Shown here: positions 45,660 to 55,670 of the stretch, one piece after another | Position numbering within the stretch: the stretch's first letter is position 1 | How the letters are laid out: each line of letters starts with the position of its first letter | NCBI GenBank assembly: GCA_001029675.1 | Contig: CP011210.1 | Span: forward strand, 948,891 to 1,012,890 | Reading direction: 5' to 3' | Source: Candidatus Beckwithbacteria bacterium GW2011_GWC1_49_16 | GTDB lineage: Bacteria > Patescibacteriota > Microgenomatia > UBA1400 > CG1-02-47-37 | Length of the DNA: 64,000 bases | Position numbers and translations under genes: made by a program | The notes under the pieces: model-generated | Told to the model about the DNA's origin: nothing | Seen by the model: only the letters and a program-made list of their open reading frames with translations | Databases searched by the model: none

Positions 45660-47954
45660 ATGTTGAATCTGTGGCTGGCGAAACAAGCCAAAAAATATGG
45701 CGACAAAGAAGCGATAGTTTTTGATGATTTTGACAGCGGGAAAAAATGGCGGGTGTCTTACCGGCAACTTAATAGCCTCACGGCTAACCTGGCGGTTTAT
45801 TTGCGTCATTTGGGGCTTGCGCCCGGACAAAGGTTGGCGTTTGCTTTTGAAAACAGCTTAGAAGTAATCCTAATTAATTTGGCTGCCTGGCGGGCGGGAT
45901 TGGTAACGGTGCCTTTGGACATCACCCGGGACACGCCGGAAAGAAAAGCTTACAAATTAAAGTTTACCGAAACAGAAGTTTTGTTTACTAGAAAAGATGA
46001 AAAAAGCGTCCAAGAAAATCGCTGGCTAAAGAGCCGGCTTAAAAACCTGGAAGTAATTGAACTGGCAGACTTTAGTGAATTGAAAGCCAGGCTAGTCAAG
46101 TCCGACAGCAGCCCAGATTTTCAAACCGACCCCGATAGAGATGCTTTAATTTTGTTTACCTCGGGGACGACCGCTTTGCCCAAAGGCGCCAGGCTGACGT
46201 TAAACAATTTGTGGGCCAACGCCCAGTCAATTGTCGACTGGTTGAGGTTTGGCCAGCGCGACCGGTGGCAGGTGGTCTTACCGCTGCATCACATTAACTC
46301 GACTACTTTTGTCAACACCGCGCTGATGGCCGGCGGGACGGTGGTGTTGCTGCCGCGCTACTCCAAGTCGCGTTTTTGGCAGGCTTTGGCGGAAAATCGG
46401 GTGACGGGGACTTCGATCGTACCGACGATCGCCTACGACATGTTAAGCGAAGAAAAGGCTTTTTTGAAATATAAAAGCAAGCTCAAACAAGTACGGCGGA
46501 TCCAGATCGGCTCGGCGCCGGTCCAGCCGACGGTGGTAGAAGAGTTTATGGCTAAATTCAAAATTCCTTTGATTCAGGGTTATGGCCAGACGGAAACCTC
46601 GCTTCGGAGCACGGGAGTGCCGATGGCTTTGACCGCTTCACAATATAAAAAAATTAGACAGCTTAATTCTTTGGGGACTGAACTAAAACACACCCAGGTG
46701 ACCGTGCTTGACCGGGCGGGCCGAGAGGTTGGCGAGGGCAAGGTGGGTGAGATCGTTGTCCGCGGCCCGGTGGTGATGAAAGGGTATTTGAAAAACCCGG
46801 CCGCCAACAAAGAGGCTTTCCAGTTTGGCTGGTTTCACTCGGGCGACACCGGCTACTGGCGGCGGCTTTTCGGCCGGAAGTTTTTCTTTCTTAAAGGACG
46901 AACCAAAGAAATCATCCACAAAGGCGGAGTCTTGGTCTCGCCTTTGGCAGTGGAAAATGCTCTGCTTAAGGCTTATCCTACCCTAAAACAGGTTTACGCC
47001 GTTGGCTTCCCTGATGCCCGCATGGGTGAAAGAATTGGTCTGGTGGCGGTAGCTAAAAACGAGAAAACATTAGCAAAGATTTTGGCCGACGCCGCTGCCG
47101 GGAAGGTTGCCGGCTTGAGCCGGTACGAAGCGCCGAGTGCGCTAGTTGCCATTGACGAAAGCAACTTGCCCAAGACGTCGACGGGCAAGGTACAACGGAT
47201 CAAGCTTAAAGAAAAATTTGCGGTCAAACTTTTGGAACGATCCAGAACCATAACTGAAAGCGATCAATACCGCTTTAAACTCTTGGGGCCGGAAGAAACT
47301 TCCCTTTTGCGTCAAGCACTGGCTATCAACAACCAGCGCTGGGGCAAAAAGCTTAATAGTAATTTGGCCGAATTTAGAAAGCGGGCAGAAAACGGTTTGC
47401 TTTTGGCAGCTATCGATAAAAAATCCCATCGGGTGGTCGGCAGCGTAGCCGCACTTCAATTAAATAAACAGTTACTTCCCCCCACTTGGAGAAAGGCTAC
47501 CGCCGCCGGCACGCTTAAAAACCACGACTATAAAGGAGATAGTTTAGTCTGCGTCAGTATTTCGGCGGCGCAAACCCGTGACTCGAAACCCGTAACTCGA
47601 AACAGTCTTAAAATCCAAAAGACTAAGTTGACGCCAGCCAAACTCAAAGTCTATTTGACCAGCGATAAAGACAATATAGTCAGGTTCCACCGCAAGCCCA
47701 AAGGCGGATTTGGCCGCGGCGCCAGGCTCATCAAAGTTCTCCCCGGCGGAAGATTAGAAGACCAAGACTCGCTGGGCTACAACATTGTCTTTGAGTATCC
47801 AAAACTCACCCATCGACCCAGAATGAGCCAACAAGCGTCAATCGGAGTTCAACTAATTGAAGCGGCATTGATTTATGCCTATGAGCATAAAATCAAGCAT
47901 GTTTTGGCCTACTCGCGTCCGGCAGAGCTTAGCAAATATTTTAAAAAGGGCTAA
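45660..47954 (+). CDS. AMP-dependent (acyl-CoA-type) ligase fused to a GNAT-like domain
   Basis: FTSGTTALPKG, GYGQTE, GWFHSGDTG, GR.KE.I..GG, PKTSTGK; about 240 extra C-terminal residues. Confidence 0.85.
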   Translation: MLNLWLAKQAKKYGDKEAIVFDDFDSGKKWRVSYRQLNSLTANLAVYLRHLGLAPGQRLAFAFENSLEVILINLAAWRAGLVTVPLDITRDTPERKAYKLKFTETEVLFTRKDEKSVQENRWLKSRLKNLEVIELADFSELKARLVKSDSSPDFQTDPDRDALILFTSGTTALPKGARLTLNNLWANAQSIVDWLRFGQRDRWQVVLPLHHINSTTFVNTALMAGGTVVLLPRYSKSRFWQALAENRVTGTSIVPTIAYDMLSEEKAFLKYKSKLKQVRRIQIGSAPVQPTVVEEFMAKFKIPLIQGYGQTETSLRSTGVPMALTASQYKKIRQLNSLGTELKHTQVTVLDRAGREVGEGKVGEIVVRGPVVMKGYLKNPAANKEAFQFGWFHSGDTGYWRRLFGRKFFFLKGRTKEIIHKGGVLVSPLAVENALLKAYPTLKQVYAVGFPDARMGERIGLVAVAKNEKTLAKILADAAAGKVAGLSRYEAPSALVAIDESNLPKTSTGKVQRIKLKEKFAVKLLERSRTITESDQYRFKLLGPEETSLLRQALAINNQRWGKKLNSNLAEFRKRAENGLLLAAIDKKSHRVVGSVAALQLNKQLLPPTWRKATAAGTLKNHDYKGDSLVCVSISAAQTRDSKPVTRNSLKIQKTKLTPAKLKVYLTSDKDNIVRFHRKPKGGFGRGARLIKVLPGGRLEDQDSLGYNIVFEYPKLTHRPRMSQQASIGVQLIEAALIYAYEHKIKHVLAYSRPAELSKYFKKG

Positions 47955-47963
47955 AATATACTT

Positions 47964-48290
47964 ATGGCACAGATGGTTCTGGCTTATATTACCTGCGAGT
48001 CCGTCAAGCAGGCTAAAGTTATCGGCCGGCATTTACTCAATAAAAAACTTACCGGATGTGTCAATATTTTTCCGACGATGCAGCCGATGTTTCTGTGGCC
48101 ACCGAAATCAGGAAAAATTGACGAAAGCAAAGAAGTTGTGCTTCTGGTCAAAACCTTAAAAAGTCGCTATAAGGCGGTGGAAAAAGAAGTGATCAAAATG
48201 CACACTTTCGATACGCCGTGCGTGCTTGAAATTCCGGTGGGGCGGGTGGCCAAAAAATACTTTGACTGGATCAAAGGCGAGGTTAAATAA
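47964..48290 (+). CDS. cutA: Divalent-cation tolerance protein CutA
   Basis: GCVNI, E...L.KT, H.FDTPC. Confidence 0.9.
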   Translation: MAQMVLAYITCESVKQAKVIGRHLLNKKLTGCVNIFPTMQPMFLWPPKSGKIDESKEVVLLVKTLKSRYKAVEKEVIKMHTFDTPCVLEIPVGRVAKKYFDWIKGEVK

Positions 48291-49137
48291 GAAATTGGGG
48301 TAGGGCGAAAGAGCTTTGGTGGATTTTGGCGTTGTAGTAATTTAAATCTTTGATTGATCTGGGATAAATGTCTTTTTCTGGGTCAAGTTTTTTAGAGGCA
48401 ATGTTCATCAGGTAAAGTCCGCCAGGAATATATTTGCAGGTGACGGAGTAGTTTTTGGCTAGAGAAAAGGTAGTTTTTAGTTTGCGGTTGATAGATTGGT
48501 AAAATTTTTCACCATAGTAGCCATTTTGGCCGTCGGTTAGAAGAATCCCCTGCTGGTTTAACTTTTTAAAGCAGTCCTTGTAAAATCTGGTTTCAAATAA
48601 GGAGAAAGATATGCCTGGTTTGCCTTTGGCGTCGAAAGCTTCGGTACCGGTGACAAAGATTACATCGTAAAAATTTTCTGGTTGGCTTTTAATAAACTGG
48701 GAGCCTTCGGCGATATGAAGCTTAACTCTTTTATCTTGAAAGGCTTTTTTGGCGACCGGAAAGTGCTGGGAGCAGAGTTTGACTACCGTTTGGTCGATGT
48801 CGACCATGTCGATTGGCTCTACCTCTTGATATTTAATGAGCTCGGCGACAGAATGACCATCGCCACCACCGATGAGTAAGACTCTTTTCTTCTTAAACTT
48901 GCCCACACTCATGGGCACGTGAACGATCATCTCGGGCATGGCAGTTCCCTGATCTTCTGTGCGATAAATCCAGTTGTTTAGGAGTAATGTAGTGCCGAGA
49001 GTTTTAGCTTTGACGATTTTAATGTTTTGAAATTTAGTTTGCTGGCTAGCCAAAATTTTATCGATTTTAAAACTTAAACCAGCACCGTCGGCGTATTCGT
49101 CGTAGAGCCAAGATTTTCCGGATGGGCTGGAGGTCAT
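48283..49137 (-). CDS. Spermidine synthase-like aminopropyltransferase with divergent active site
   Basis: [22 protein letters not shown]...IH...F.LP. Confidence 0.8.
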   Translation of the reverse strand: MTSSPSGKSWLYDEYADGAGLSFKIDKILASQQTKFQNIKIVKAKTLGTTLLLNNWIYRTEDQGTAMPEMIVHVPMSVGKFKKKRVLLIGGGDGHSVAELIKYQEVEPIDMVDIDQTVVKLCSQHFPVAKKAFQDKRVKLHIAEGSQFIKSQPENFYDVIFVTGTEAFDAKGKPGISFSLFETRFYKDCFKKLNQQGILLTDGQNGYYGEKFYQSINRKLKTTFSLAKNYSVTCKYIPGGLYLMNIASKKLDPEKDIYPRSIKDLNYYNAKIHQSSFALPQFLI

Positions 49138-50120
49138 ATAAGTTTCTGTTGGTCGGGGGCCTGGGGTGGCTTTTTGCCGAAGTGGGTAAAGGCTTTGGCG
49201 GTGGCCATGCGGCCGCGGCTAGTGCGTTTTAAGAAGCCAATTTGCATGAGATAGGGCTCGATGACTTCTTCGATGGTGTCACGCTCCTCGGCGATGGTGG
49301 CGGCCATGGTTTCCAGACCCACCGGGCCGCCTTCGTGTCTGTCGATGATGGCTTTTAAAAGCCGCCGGTCGTTGGCATCAAGGCCCATGTCGTCGACTTC
49401 AAGAAGTTTAAGGGAGTCCTGGAGCACTTCTTTAGTAATCCCCTTTTGACCTTGGATTTGGGCCATGTCGCGGCAGCGCTTTAAAAGTTTTAAGGCAATC
49501 CGGGGAGTGCCGCGGGAGCGGGAGGCGAGGTTTTTGGCGATCGAGGGCTCAAGCTTAAGCTTAAACTTGGCAGCGGCGTTTAAAATCACCTGGGCCAGGT
49601 CGTCGGGGGTGTAAAAGGTCAGGCGGTGGGTCATGCCGAAGCGGTCGCGCAGCGGGCTGGCAAGCAGGCCAATGCGGGTGGTGGCGCCAATCAGGGTAAA
49701 CTTGGGTAGGTCTAGCTTTAGGGTTTTGGCCGACGGCCCTTGGCCCAAGACGATGTCGAGCTGGTAATCCTCCATGGCCGGATAGAGGGTTTCTTCGACC
49801 ACTTTGCCTAGGCGATGGATCTCATCAATGAAAAAGATGTCGTCGTCTTTTAAATTGGTTAAGATGGCGGCTAAGTCGCCGGCTCGCTCTATGGCCGGGC
49901 CGGAAGAGCTCCTAATGTTGACCCGTAACTCTCTGGCAATCAAATGAGCCAAGGTGGTTTTGCCTAAGCCCGGGGGACCGTAAAGGAGGATGTGTTCGAC
50001 GGCCTCGCGGCGCTTTTTGGCGGCTGACAGGGCCACTTTGAGGGAACGCTTGATTTTGCCCTGGCCGACAAAGTCGTCCCAGCTTTCAGGGCGGGCCAGG
50101 TATGATTTAGCTTGGCTCAT
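49134..50120 (-). CDS. ruvB: Holliday junction branch migration helicase RuvB
   Basis: [27 protein letters not shown]. Confidence 0.97.
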   Translation of the reverse strand: MSQAKSYLARPESWDDFVGQGKIKRSLKVALSAAKKRREAVEHILLYGPPGLGKTTLAHLIARELRVNIRSSSGPAIERAGDLAAILTNLKDDDIFFIDEIHRLGKVVEETLYPAMEDYQLDIVLGQGPSAKTLKLDLPKFTLIGATTRIGLLASPLRDRFGMTHRLTFYTPDDLAQVILNAAAKFKLKLEPSIAKNLASRSRGTPRIALKLLKRCRDMAQIQGQKGITKEVLQDSLKLLEVDDMGLDANDRRLLKAIIDRHEGGPVGLETMAATIAEERDTIEEVIEPYLMQIGFLKRTSRGRMATAKAFTHFGKKPPQAPDQQKLI

Positions 50121-50692
50121 TGTTGGTGACCCAAACTTTTAATGGCCTTGGCGACAAGGGTTTCGACCGAGTCTTTGGGGCTGGCGACTTGTTTTAGGGC
50201 TTCTACGGCTTCGCGTTTGGTAAAGCCTAAACCGATTAAGGCCTCAAGGGCTTCTTGGGATTGGGGCGACTCACCGGTTAAGTCCAAAGCCGTGAGGTCG
50301 CCGAGTTTGGGCTTTAGTTCGATAATGATTTTTTGGGCGTTTTTTCTGCCCAGGCGGGGAACGGAAGTAAAAAAGTCGACGTCTGCTTGGGAGATGGCGG
50401 TTTGGATCCGGTCGACGCCTTTATCCATAAGCTTGACGGCAATCTTGGGGCCGACGCCAGAGATGGCGATCACTAGTTTAAACAATTGAAGCGCTTCGCG
50501 GCTGTCAAAACCGTAAAGATCTAAGGTGTCCTCGCGGACGTGGGTGTAGATAAACAGAGACGCTTGATTAAGCTTAAGCAATGAATTCCGGGTGGTTTGG
50601 GGCACAAAAACCTGGTAGCCAACTCCCCTAACAGATAATAAAATGCTGTCGAGGGTAAAAGTTTCTGGTTTGCCTGTGAGTTTGCCGATCAT
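50117..50692 (-). CDS. ruvA: Holliday junction DNA-binding protein RuvA
   Basis: GVGY, HVRED..LYGF, SGVGPK, AL..LGF. Confidence 0.95.
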   Translation of the reverse strand: MIGKLTGKPETFTLDSILLSVRGVGYQVFVPQTTRNSLLKLNQASLFIYTHVREDTLDLYGFDSREALQLFKLVIAISGVGPKIAVKLMDKGVDRIQTAISQADVDFFTSVPRLGRKNAQKIIIELKPKLGDLTALDLTGESPQSQEALEALIGLGFTKREAVEALKQVASPKDSVETLVAKAIKSLGHQQ

Positions 50693-50696
50693 AACT

Positions 50697-51185
50697 TCAT
50701 TTTACCCTACTTTTTAGTTTGTAGGAAAAGGCGTGGGTTAAAGCCACGGCTAAGGCGTCGGCGGTGTCGTCGGGTTTAGGAATGGCTGGCAACTTTAAAA
50801 TAGCTTTGGTCATCTGCTGGACTTGGGCTTTGTCGGCTTGGCCATAACCGGTGACGGCTTGTTTTATTTGTAAAGGGGTGTAGGAAAAACTGGGGATAGC
50901 GGCGAGTTCGGCGGCGACTAAGATGACTCCCCTAGCCTGGGCCACTTTGATGGCGGAGGTTCGGTTTTTGGCAAAAAACAGGTCTTCGACGGCGACGGCG
51001 TCAGGATGGTGACTGGTCAAAAGCTTGGTAAATTGGTCAAAAAGCTGTTTGAGGCGGGTGGGTTCGGCGAGAGTTTTTTTGGTTTCGATCAAACCATACT
51101 CGCCTACTATCTGGTCGCCGGCCTTGTCGTTGACTATGCCCCAACCCAGCCGGGCCGTCCCCGGATCGACGCCTAAAATCTTCAT
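50697..51185 (-). CDS. ruvC: Crossover junction endodeoxyribonuclease RuvC
   Basis: ILGVDPG, VE..FF, QARGV, DD.ADALAVA. Confidence 0.96.
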   Translation of the reverse strand: MKILGVDPGTARLGWGIVNDKAGDQIVGEYGLIETKKTLAEPTRLKQLFDQFTKLLTSHHPDAVAVEDLFFAKNRTSAIKVAQARGVILVAAELAAIPSFSYTPLQIKQAVTGYGQADKAQVQQMTKAILKLPAIPKPDDTADALAVALTHAFSYKLKSRVK

Positions 51186-51216
51186 GGCTCAATTATAGCG
51201 TGATATAATGGGTTAA

Positions 51217-52164
51217 ATGAAGTTTAGGAAGATTTTGCTTCTAGACTACACCGGCAAAGAGCTGGAAAAGACATATTGGGAGAAGATCGCTAGATTGGCA
51301 GATAAGAAGGTTTTTCTTACTTCTAGTTCTAAAAACTTGGGGAAAGAATTGGTTGAAGCAGATGGAGTGTTGTTAAAGTTGGGGGCCAAATTTGGCCAGG
51401 ACTTAATGGATCAGGCGTCTAAGCTTAGGTACATTGGGATGCTGGGAACTGGAGTTGGTGGGGTTGACCTTAAGTATGCAACAAAGAAAAAAATTACTGT
51501 TTGTAATATTGCCGGCTATGCCACCGAGGGGGTGGCAGAATTTACTTTTGGGGCAATCATAGATTTTCTGAGAGAAATTGAGAGGGCCAAACAACAAGCG
51601 CGCCAAGGAGACTATTCCGAAGCGACTTTTGCCGGAACAGAAATTAAGGGCAAAAAGTTTGGAGTCATCGGCTTAGGAAGTATTGGCGCCAGAACGGCCG
51701 AGCTGGCTTTGGGGTTTGGGGCAAAAGTTTTCTACTGGTCAAGAAACAGAAAGAAAAATTACGAAAGAAAAAGAATAAAATACAGGACAATTGCTAACCT
51801 GCTAAAAGAGTCGGATATTATCACTCTTAATTTGGCGCTTAATCCAAAAACTAACGGGTTTTTGGGCCGAACAAGATTGAGCCTAATTAAGAAAGGGGCC
51901 TTACTGGTAAATCCAAGCCCGATGGAATTGATAGGTCTTAAGGCTTTGGTTTCAAGGCTCAAAAAGAAGGCAATTAGCTTTATATTAGACCACTCTGATG
52001 AGATGACTAAGGAACAATTAAGACTGCTTAAGCCTTACAAAAACTGTTTGATTTATCCCCCAATCGCCTACACCACCGAGGAAGCGACAGCTTTAAAAAA
52101 GGATATTTTTGTAGATAACCTGGAAAACTTTCTTAAAGGAAAGCCGAGTAATAAAGTAAATTAA
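51217..52164 (+). CDS. D-2-hydroxyacid dehydrogenase-fold protein (catalytic triad degenerate)
   Basis: G.G...VD, N..GYA...VAE, GVIGLGSIG; the usual Arg and His positions are not conserved. Confidence 0.75.
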   Translation: MKFRKILLLDYTGKELEKTYWEKIARLADKKVFLTSSSKNLGKELVEADGVLLKLGAKFGQDLMDQASKLRYIGMLGTGVGGVDLKYATKKKITVCNIAGYATEGVAEFTFGAIIDFLREIERAKQQARQGDYSEATFAGTEIKGKKFGVIGLGSIGARTAELALGFGAKVFYWSRNRKKNYERKRIKYRTIANLLKESDIITLNLALNPKTNGFLGRTRLSLIKKGALLVNPSPMELIGLKALVSRLKKKAISFILDHSDEMTKEQLRLLKPYKNCLIYPPIAYTTEEATALKKDIFVDNLENFLKGKPSNKVN

Positions 52165-52262
52165 AGTTGCCCCTAAGGACAGACCTTCCAGCTTCGCTGT
52201 CCCGGCTTGGCCGTTGGCCACGCCTCCTGTTAAGGTCTGGCCTTATTGGCTATAATACTGCC

Positions 52263-54494
52263 ATGGATAAGCGTTACCAGCCGGACCTGTTTGAGGATAA
52301 AATTTATCGAGACTGGGAGAAGTCGGGGACTTTTACCCCCAAGGCTAAAGGCGAGGCCTACTCGATCATCATGCCGCCGCCAAATGCCAACGATCCGCTT
52401 CATATCGGCCACGCCTGTTTTGTCACTTTAGAGGACATCTACGCCAGGTTTGAAAGGATGCGGGGCAAATCGGTTTTGTGGCTGCCGGGGACAGACCATG
52501 CCGGCATCGAAACCCAGTACGTCTTTGAAAAACGCTTGAAAAAAGAGGGTAAGAGCCGATTTGATTTTGACCGGGGAACTCTCTACCGGATGATTTGGGA
52601 TTACGTTGAGGAAAACTCGGGAACGGCGATAAAACAGATGAAAAAATTGGGGGCAAGCGCCGATTGGAGCCGGACCAAGTTTACTTTAGATAAAGACGTG
52701 GTCGCGATGGTGGTGGACACTTTCAAAAAACTCTACGATGACGGCTTGGTGTACCGGGAAGTGCGCTTGGTTAACTACTGTACTTCTTGCGGCACGGCCT
52801 TCTCTAACCTGGAGGTGAAGCACGTCGAAAGAGTAAGTCCCCTTTACTACATGAAGTACGGGCCGTTTACCCTGGCGACCACCAGGCCGGAGACCAAGTT
52901 CGGTGATACGGCCATCGAGGTTCACCCCGACGACAAACGTTACCAAAAATGGATCGGCCAAGAAGTCGAGGTCAAAGGTTTGGCGGGTAAGTTCAAGATG
53001 CGGGTGATTGCCGACAGAAGAGTAGACCGGAAGTTTGGCACCGGGGTGGTCAAGGTGACGCCGGCTCACGACTTTAATGATTTTGACGTTTACCTCAAAC
53101 ACAAGAAAGAGGTGCCGGGGCCAAAGCAGGTCATCGGCTTTGACGGCCGGATGAACCAGCTTGCCGGAAAGTACCAAGGACTAAAGGTGATGGAGGCAAG
53201 AAAAGCGGTGGTGGCCGACTTGACCAAGCGGGGCTTAATGGAAAAGGTGGATGAAACCTACCGGAATACCATCGGCGTCTGTTACCGCTGTGGCACAACG
53301 ATCGAGCCTTTACCCCTGCCCCAGTTTTATATCAAGGTAAAACCCCTAACCCAAAGGGCTTTGCGGGCATTAAAAGAGAAAAAAGTGAAGATCTTTGGCG
53401 CCGGCTACGACAAAATTTTGAACCACTGGCTCAAGAGCCTTGACGACTGGAACGTCAGCCGCCAAATCGTTTGGGGCATTCGCTTGCCTATATGGTATGA
53501 GGCTGATAAAAATCCGGAGGTTGAAGTTAAGTTTTTGAACAAAGACAAAAAACTCATAAGCGACCAGGTGGGCGAGTTGTTGAAAAATTATTCGTTGGCA
53601 GAGATAAAACGGGGCTTGCAAAGCCTGCGGGCGCCGCTCACGGCCAAGTTTACCGTCTCCCCTACCTCGCCGGGAGAAAATTTCCTCCAAGAAACCGATA
53701 CCTTTGACACTTGGTTTTCCAGTTCCCAGTGGCCGTTGGTTACCCTGAAGACAAGCAGATTTAAAGATGACTTTAAACGCTTTTACCCCACTAGCCTCAT
53801 GGAGACGGCTTACGACATTTTGATTTTCTGGGTGATGCGGATGCTTTTTATGGGACTTTACTTAACCGGCAAGGTACCTTTTGAAAAGGTTTATCTTCAC
53901 GGCTTGATCCGCGACGAAAAGGGGCAGAAGATGAGTAAGTCTAAGGGAAACGTGGTCGATCCGGTCGAGGTAATCCAAAAATACGGCGCCGACGCCTTAA
54001 GGATGGCTTTGGTAATTCGGTCAACGGCAGGCCGAGACAAAAACGTCGGCGACGATGATATCAGAGGCATGCGCAACTTGACTAACAAGATCTGGAATGC
54101 GGCCCGGTTTGTGATCGTGTCCAATAATACCCACTCAGAACACTCCCGGAGTGGGGTTGCGCCTGCGGCACACTCCGGGAGTGATAGCGACCTGAAAGAT
54201 GAAAAATTTAAGAAGGAGCTGTCCGGCGTGGTGAAGCAAATCACCGACCAGCTTGAAGCGATGAAGCCGGGGCTGGCGGCGGAAACGGTTTATTTCTACT
54301 TCTGGCACTGGTTTTGCGATGAATGTATTGAGCAGAACAAGCAGGGTAAAATTTCGCCACTAGCTTTGATCAAAGGTTTGCGGGTGTTTTTGAAGCTTTT
54401 ACATCCTTTTGTGCCGTTTGTAACCGAGGCAGTCTGGAGGCAGTTGCCCAAGACCGAGGAAAAATTACTGATTGGCGCCCAATGGCCCGCCTGA
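52263..54494 (+). CDS. valS: Valyl-tRNA synthetase (short, no C-terminal coiled coil)
   Basis: PPPNA..LHIGHA, GTDHAGI, ATTRPET, SRQ..WG, DTWFSS, KMSKSKGN. Start trimmed to ATG 52263. Confidence 0.96.
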   Translation: MDKRYQPDLFEDKIYRDWEKSGTFTPKAKGEAYSIIMPPPNANDPLHIGHACFVTLEDIYARFERMRGKSVLWLPGTDHAGIETQYVFEKRLKKEGKSRFDFDRGTLYRMIWDYVEENSGTAIKQMKKLGASADWSRTKFTLDKDVVAMVVDTFKKLYDDGLVYREVRLVNYCTSCGTAFSNLEVKHVERVSPLYYMKYGPFTLATTRPETKFGDTAIEVHPDDKRYQKWIGQEVEVKGLAGKFKMRVIADRRVDRKFGTGVVKVTPAHDFNDFDVYLKHKKEVPGPKQVIGFDGRMNQLAGKYQGLKVMEARKAVVADLTKRGLMEKVDETYRNTIGVCYRCGTTIEPLPLPQFYIKVKPLTQRALRALKEKKVKIFGAGYDKILNHWLKSLDDWNVSRQIVWGIRLPIWYEADKNPEVEVKFLNKDKKLISDQVGELLKNYSLAEIKRGLQSLRAPLTAKFTVSPTSPGENFLQETDTFDTWFSSSQWPLVTLKTSRFKDDFKRFYPTSLMETAYDILIFWVMRMLFMGLYLTGKVPFEKVYLHGLIRDEKGQKMSKSKGNVVDPVEVIQKYGADALRMALVIRSTAGRDKNVGDDDIRGMRNLTNKIWNAARFVIVSNNTHSEHSRSGVAPAAHSGSDSDLKDEKFKKELSGVVKQITDQLEAMKPGLAAETVYFYFWHWFCDECIEQNKQGKISPLALIKGLRVFLKLLHPFVPFVTEAVWRQLPKTEEKLLIGAQWPA

Positions 54495-54931
54495 ACCCTT
54501 ACGTCAAAGTTTTGGGGGCGAGAATTTATCGGCCGGTAAAACCGCTGCTTGATCCCCTATTTTCCCGAGTAAAACCGGTACATATATTGATTCTGTTGCT
54601 GGTGGTGGGACTCGGGGGAAGTTTTTGGCCTGTCGTGGACGGCAGATTAAACTTGGCGCCGTCGGCTCAAGAAAAAGCGGCGTGGTGGCCGGGGTCAAAA
54701 GAAACCGAAGAATGGGTGAGCCGCCCCGATAGACTGCGAGCAGAAATTTTAAAATGGGAAAAGGTTTTGCAAGACAGGCCCTACGACCAGGGAGTGCTAC
54801 TCCAACTGGCAGTTCTAAATTGGCAGGTGTACGAAGAGCAAAAAGCGCTGGAGTACTTTGCCAGGGCAAAATACCTTGACCCAAATAACGCTGAAGTCCG
54901 AAGGCTGGGAGAATCTATTTTTCTTTTTTAG
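54482..54931 (+). CDS. Membrane protein with TPR-like C-terminus
   Basis: TM followed by 'A.EYF..A..LDPNN'. Confidence 0.6.
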   Translation: MARLNPYVKVLGARIYRPVKPLLDPLFSRVKPVHILILLLVVGLGGSFWPVVDGRLNLAPSAQEKAAWWPGSKETEEWVSRPDRLRAEILKWEKVLQDRPYDQGVLLQLAVLNWQVYEEQKALEYFARAKYLDPNNAEVRRLGESIFLF

Positions 54932-55643
54932 GTTCAGGCTTGGGCTTGTCGGCGGGTTTTTCTTCCTCTTTCTTCTCCCCTTCTTTTTCAGCCTCGCCTT
55001 CGGCGGGAGCGGTTTCTGCCTCGGCGGCGGCTTCGCCTTCTGCCGGAGCGGCCTCGACGGGTTTTTCTTCCTCTTTAGCCGGTTCTTCGATCTGGACGAC
55101 AATCTCCTCTGGGTTTTCGGTAACCAGTTTGACTTTGGCGGCGTCAACTTTGATGTCTTTTAAGGTCAAGCCCTGGCCGATTTCTTCAAGGGTAGAAACG
55201 TCTAAAACAAATTTATCAGGCAAATCGGTAGGCAGGGCTTCGACTTCGATCTCGTCTAAGACTTGAACCAGCACCCCACCCTTGTTGACTCCGGGGGCTT
55301 CGCCGGTTAATTCAATAGGAATATCGACGGTGACTTTCTTGGTCAGGTCGACCTGGTGGAAGTCAACGTGCAACAGTTCGTCGGTGACGGGGTGAAGGTG
55401 GACGTTGTGGATCAAAGCCGGACGGGCCTTGGTTTCTTTGTCGACCTTGAGTTCAATAATGCCGGTCTCCCCTGCCTGATCAAAGGCGGCTTTGAAGTCC
55501 TTGGCGGGCACCTGGACAGCCAAAGATTTAACGTCCTTGCCGTAGATGTTGCCGGGCAACACCCCCTCGCGGCGGAGCTTTTTAACTTTTCTACCGGTAA
55601 GGTCTCTTTTTATGACGGAAAGCTTGATTTTATCAGTGGCCAT
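54915..55643 (-). CDS. rplY: 50S ribosomal protein L25/Ctc
   Basis: LRREG.LPG.IYG, HPV....HVDF, acidic tail. Confidence 0.95.
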   Translation of the reverse strand: MATDKIKLSVIKRDLTGRKVKKLRREGVLPGNIYGKDVKSLAVQVPAKDFKAAFDQAGETGIIELKVDKETKARPALIHNVHLHPVTDELLHVDFHQVDLTKKVTVDIPIELTGEAPGVNKGGVLVQVLDEIEVEALPTDLPDKFVLDVSTLEEIGQGLTLKDIKVDAAKVKLVTENPEEIVVQIEEPAKEEEKPVEAAPAEGEAAAEAETAPAEGEAEKEGEKKEEEKPADKPKPEPKKEK

Positions 55644-55670
55644 GATTCACGCATGGTAGCACATTTCCTT

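Noticed and set aside
52167-52262. N-terminal extension of ValRS in the ORF track
   Set aside because: It is a repeat element plus TATAAT; the likely start is ATG 52263. Similar over-extensions were trimmed for rpsT, PMT, the GT87-like gene, the WecA-like gene and tatD.
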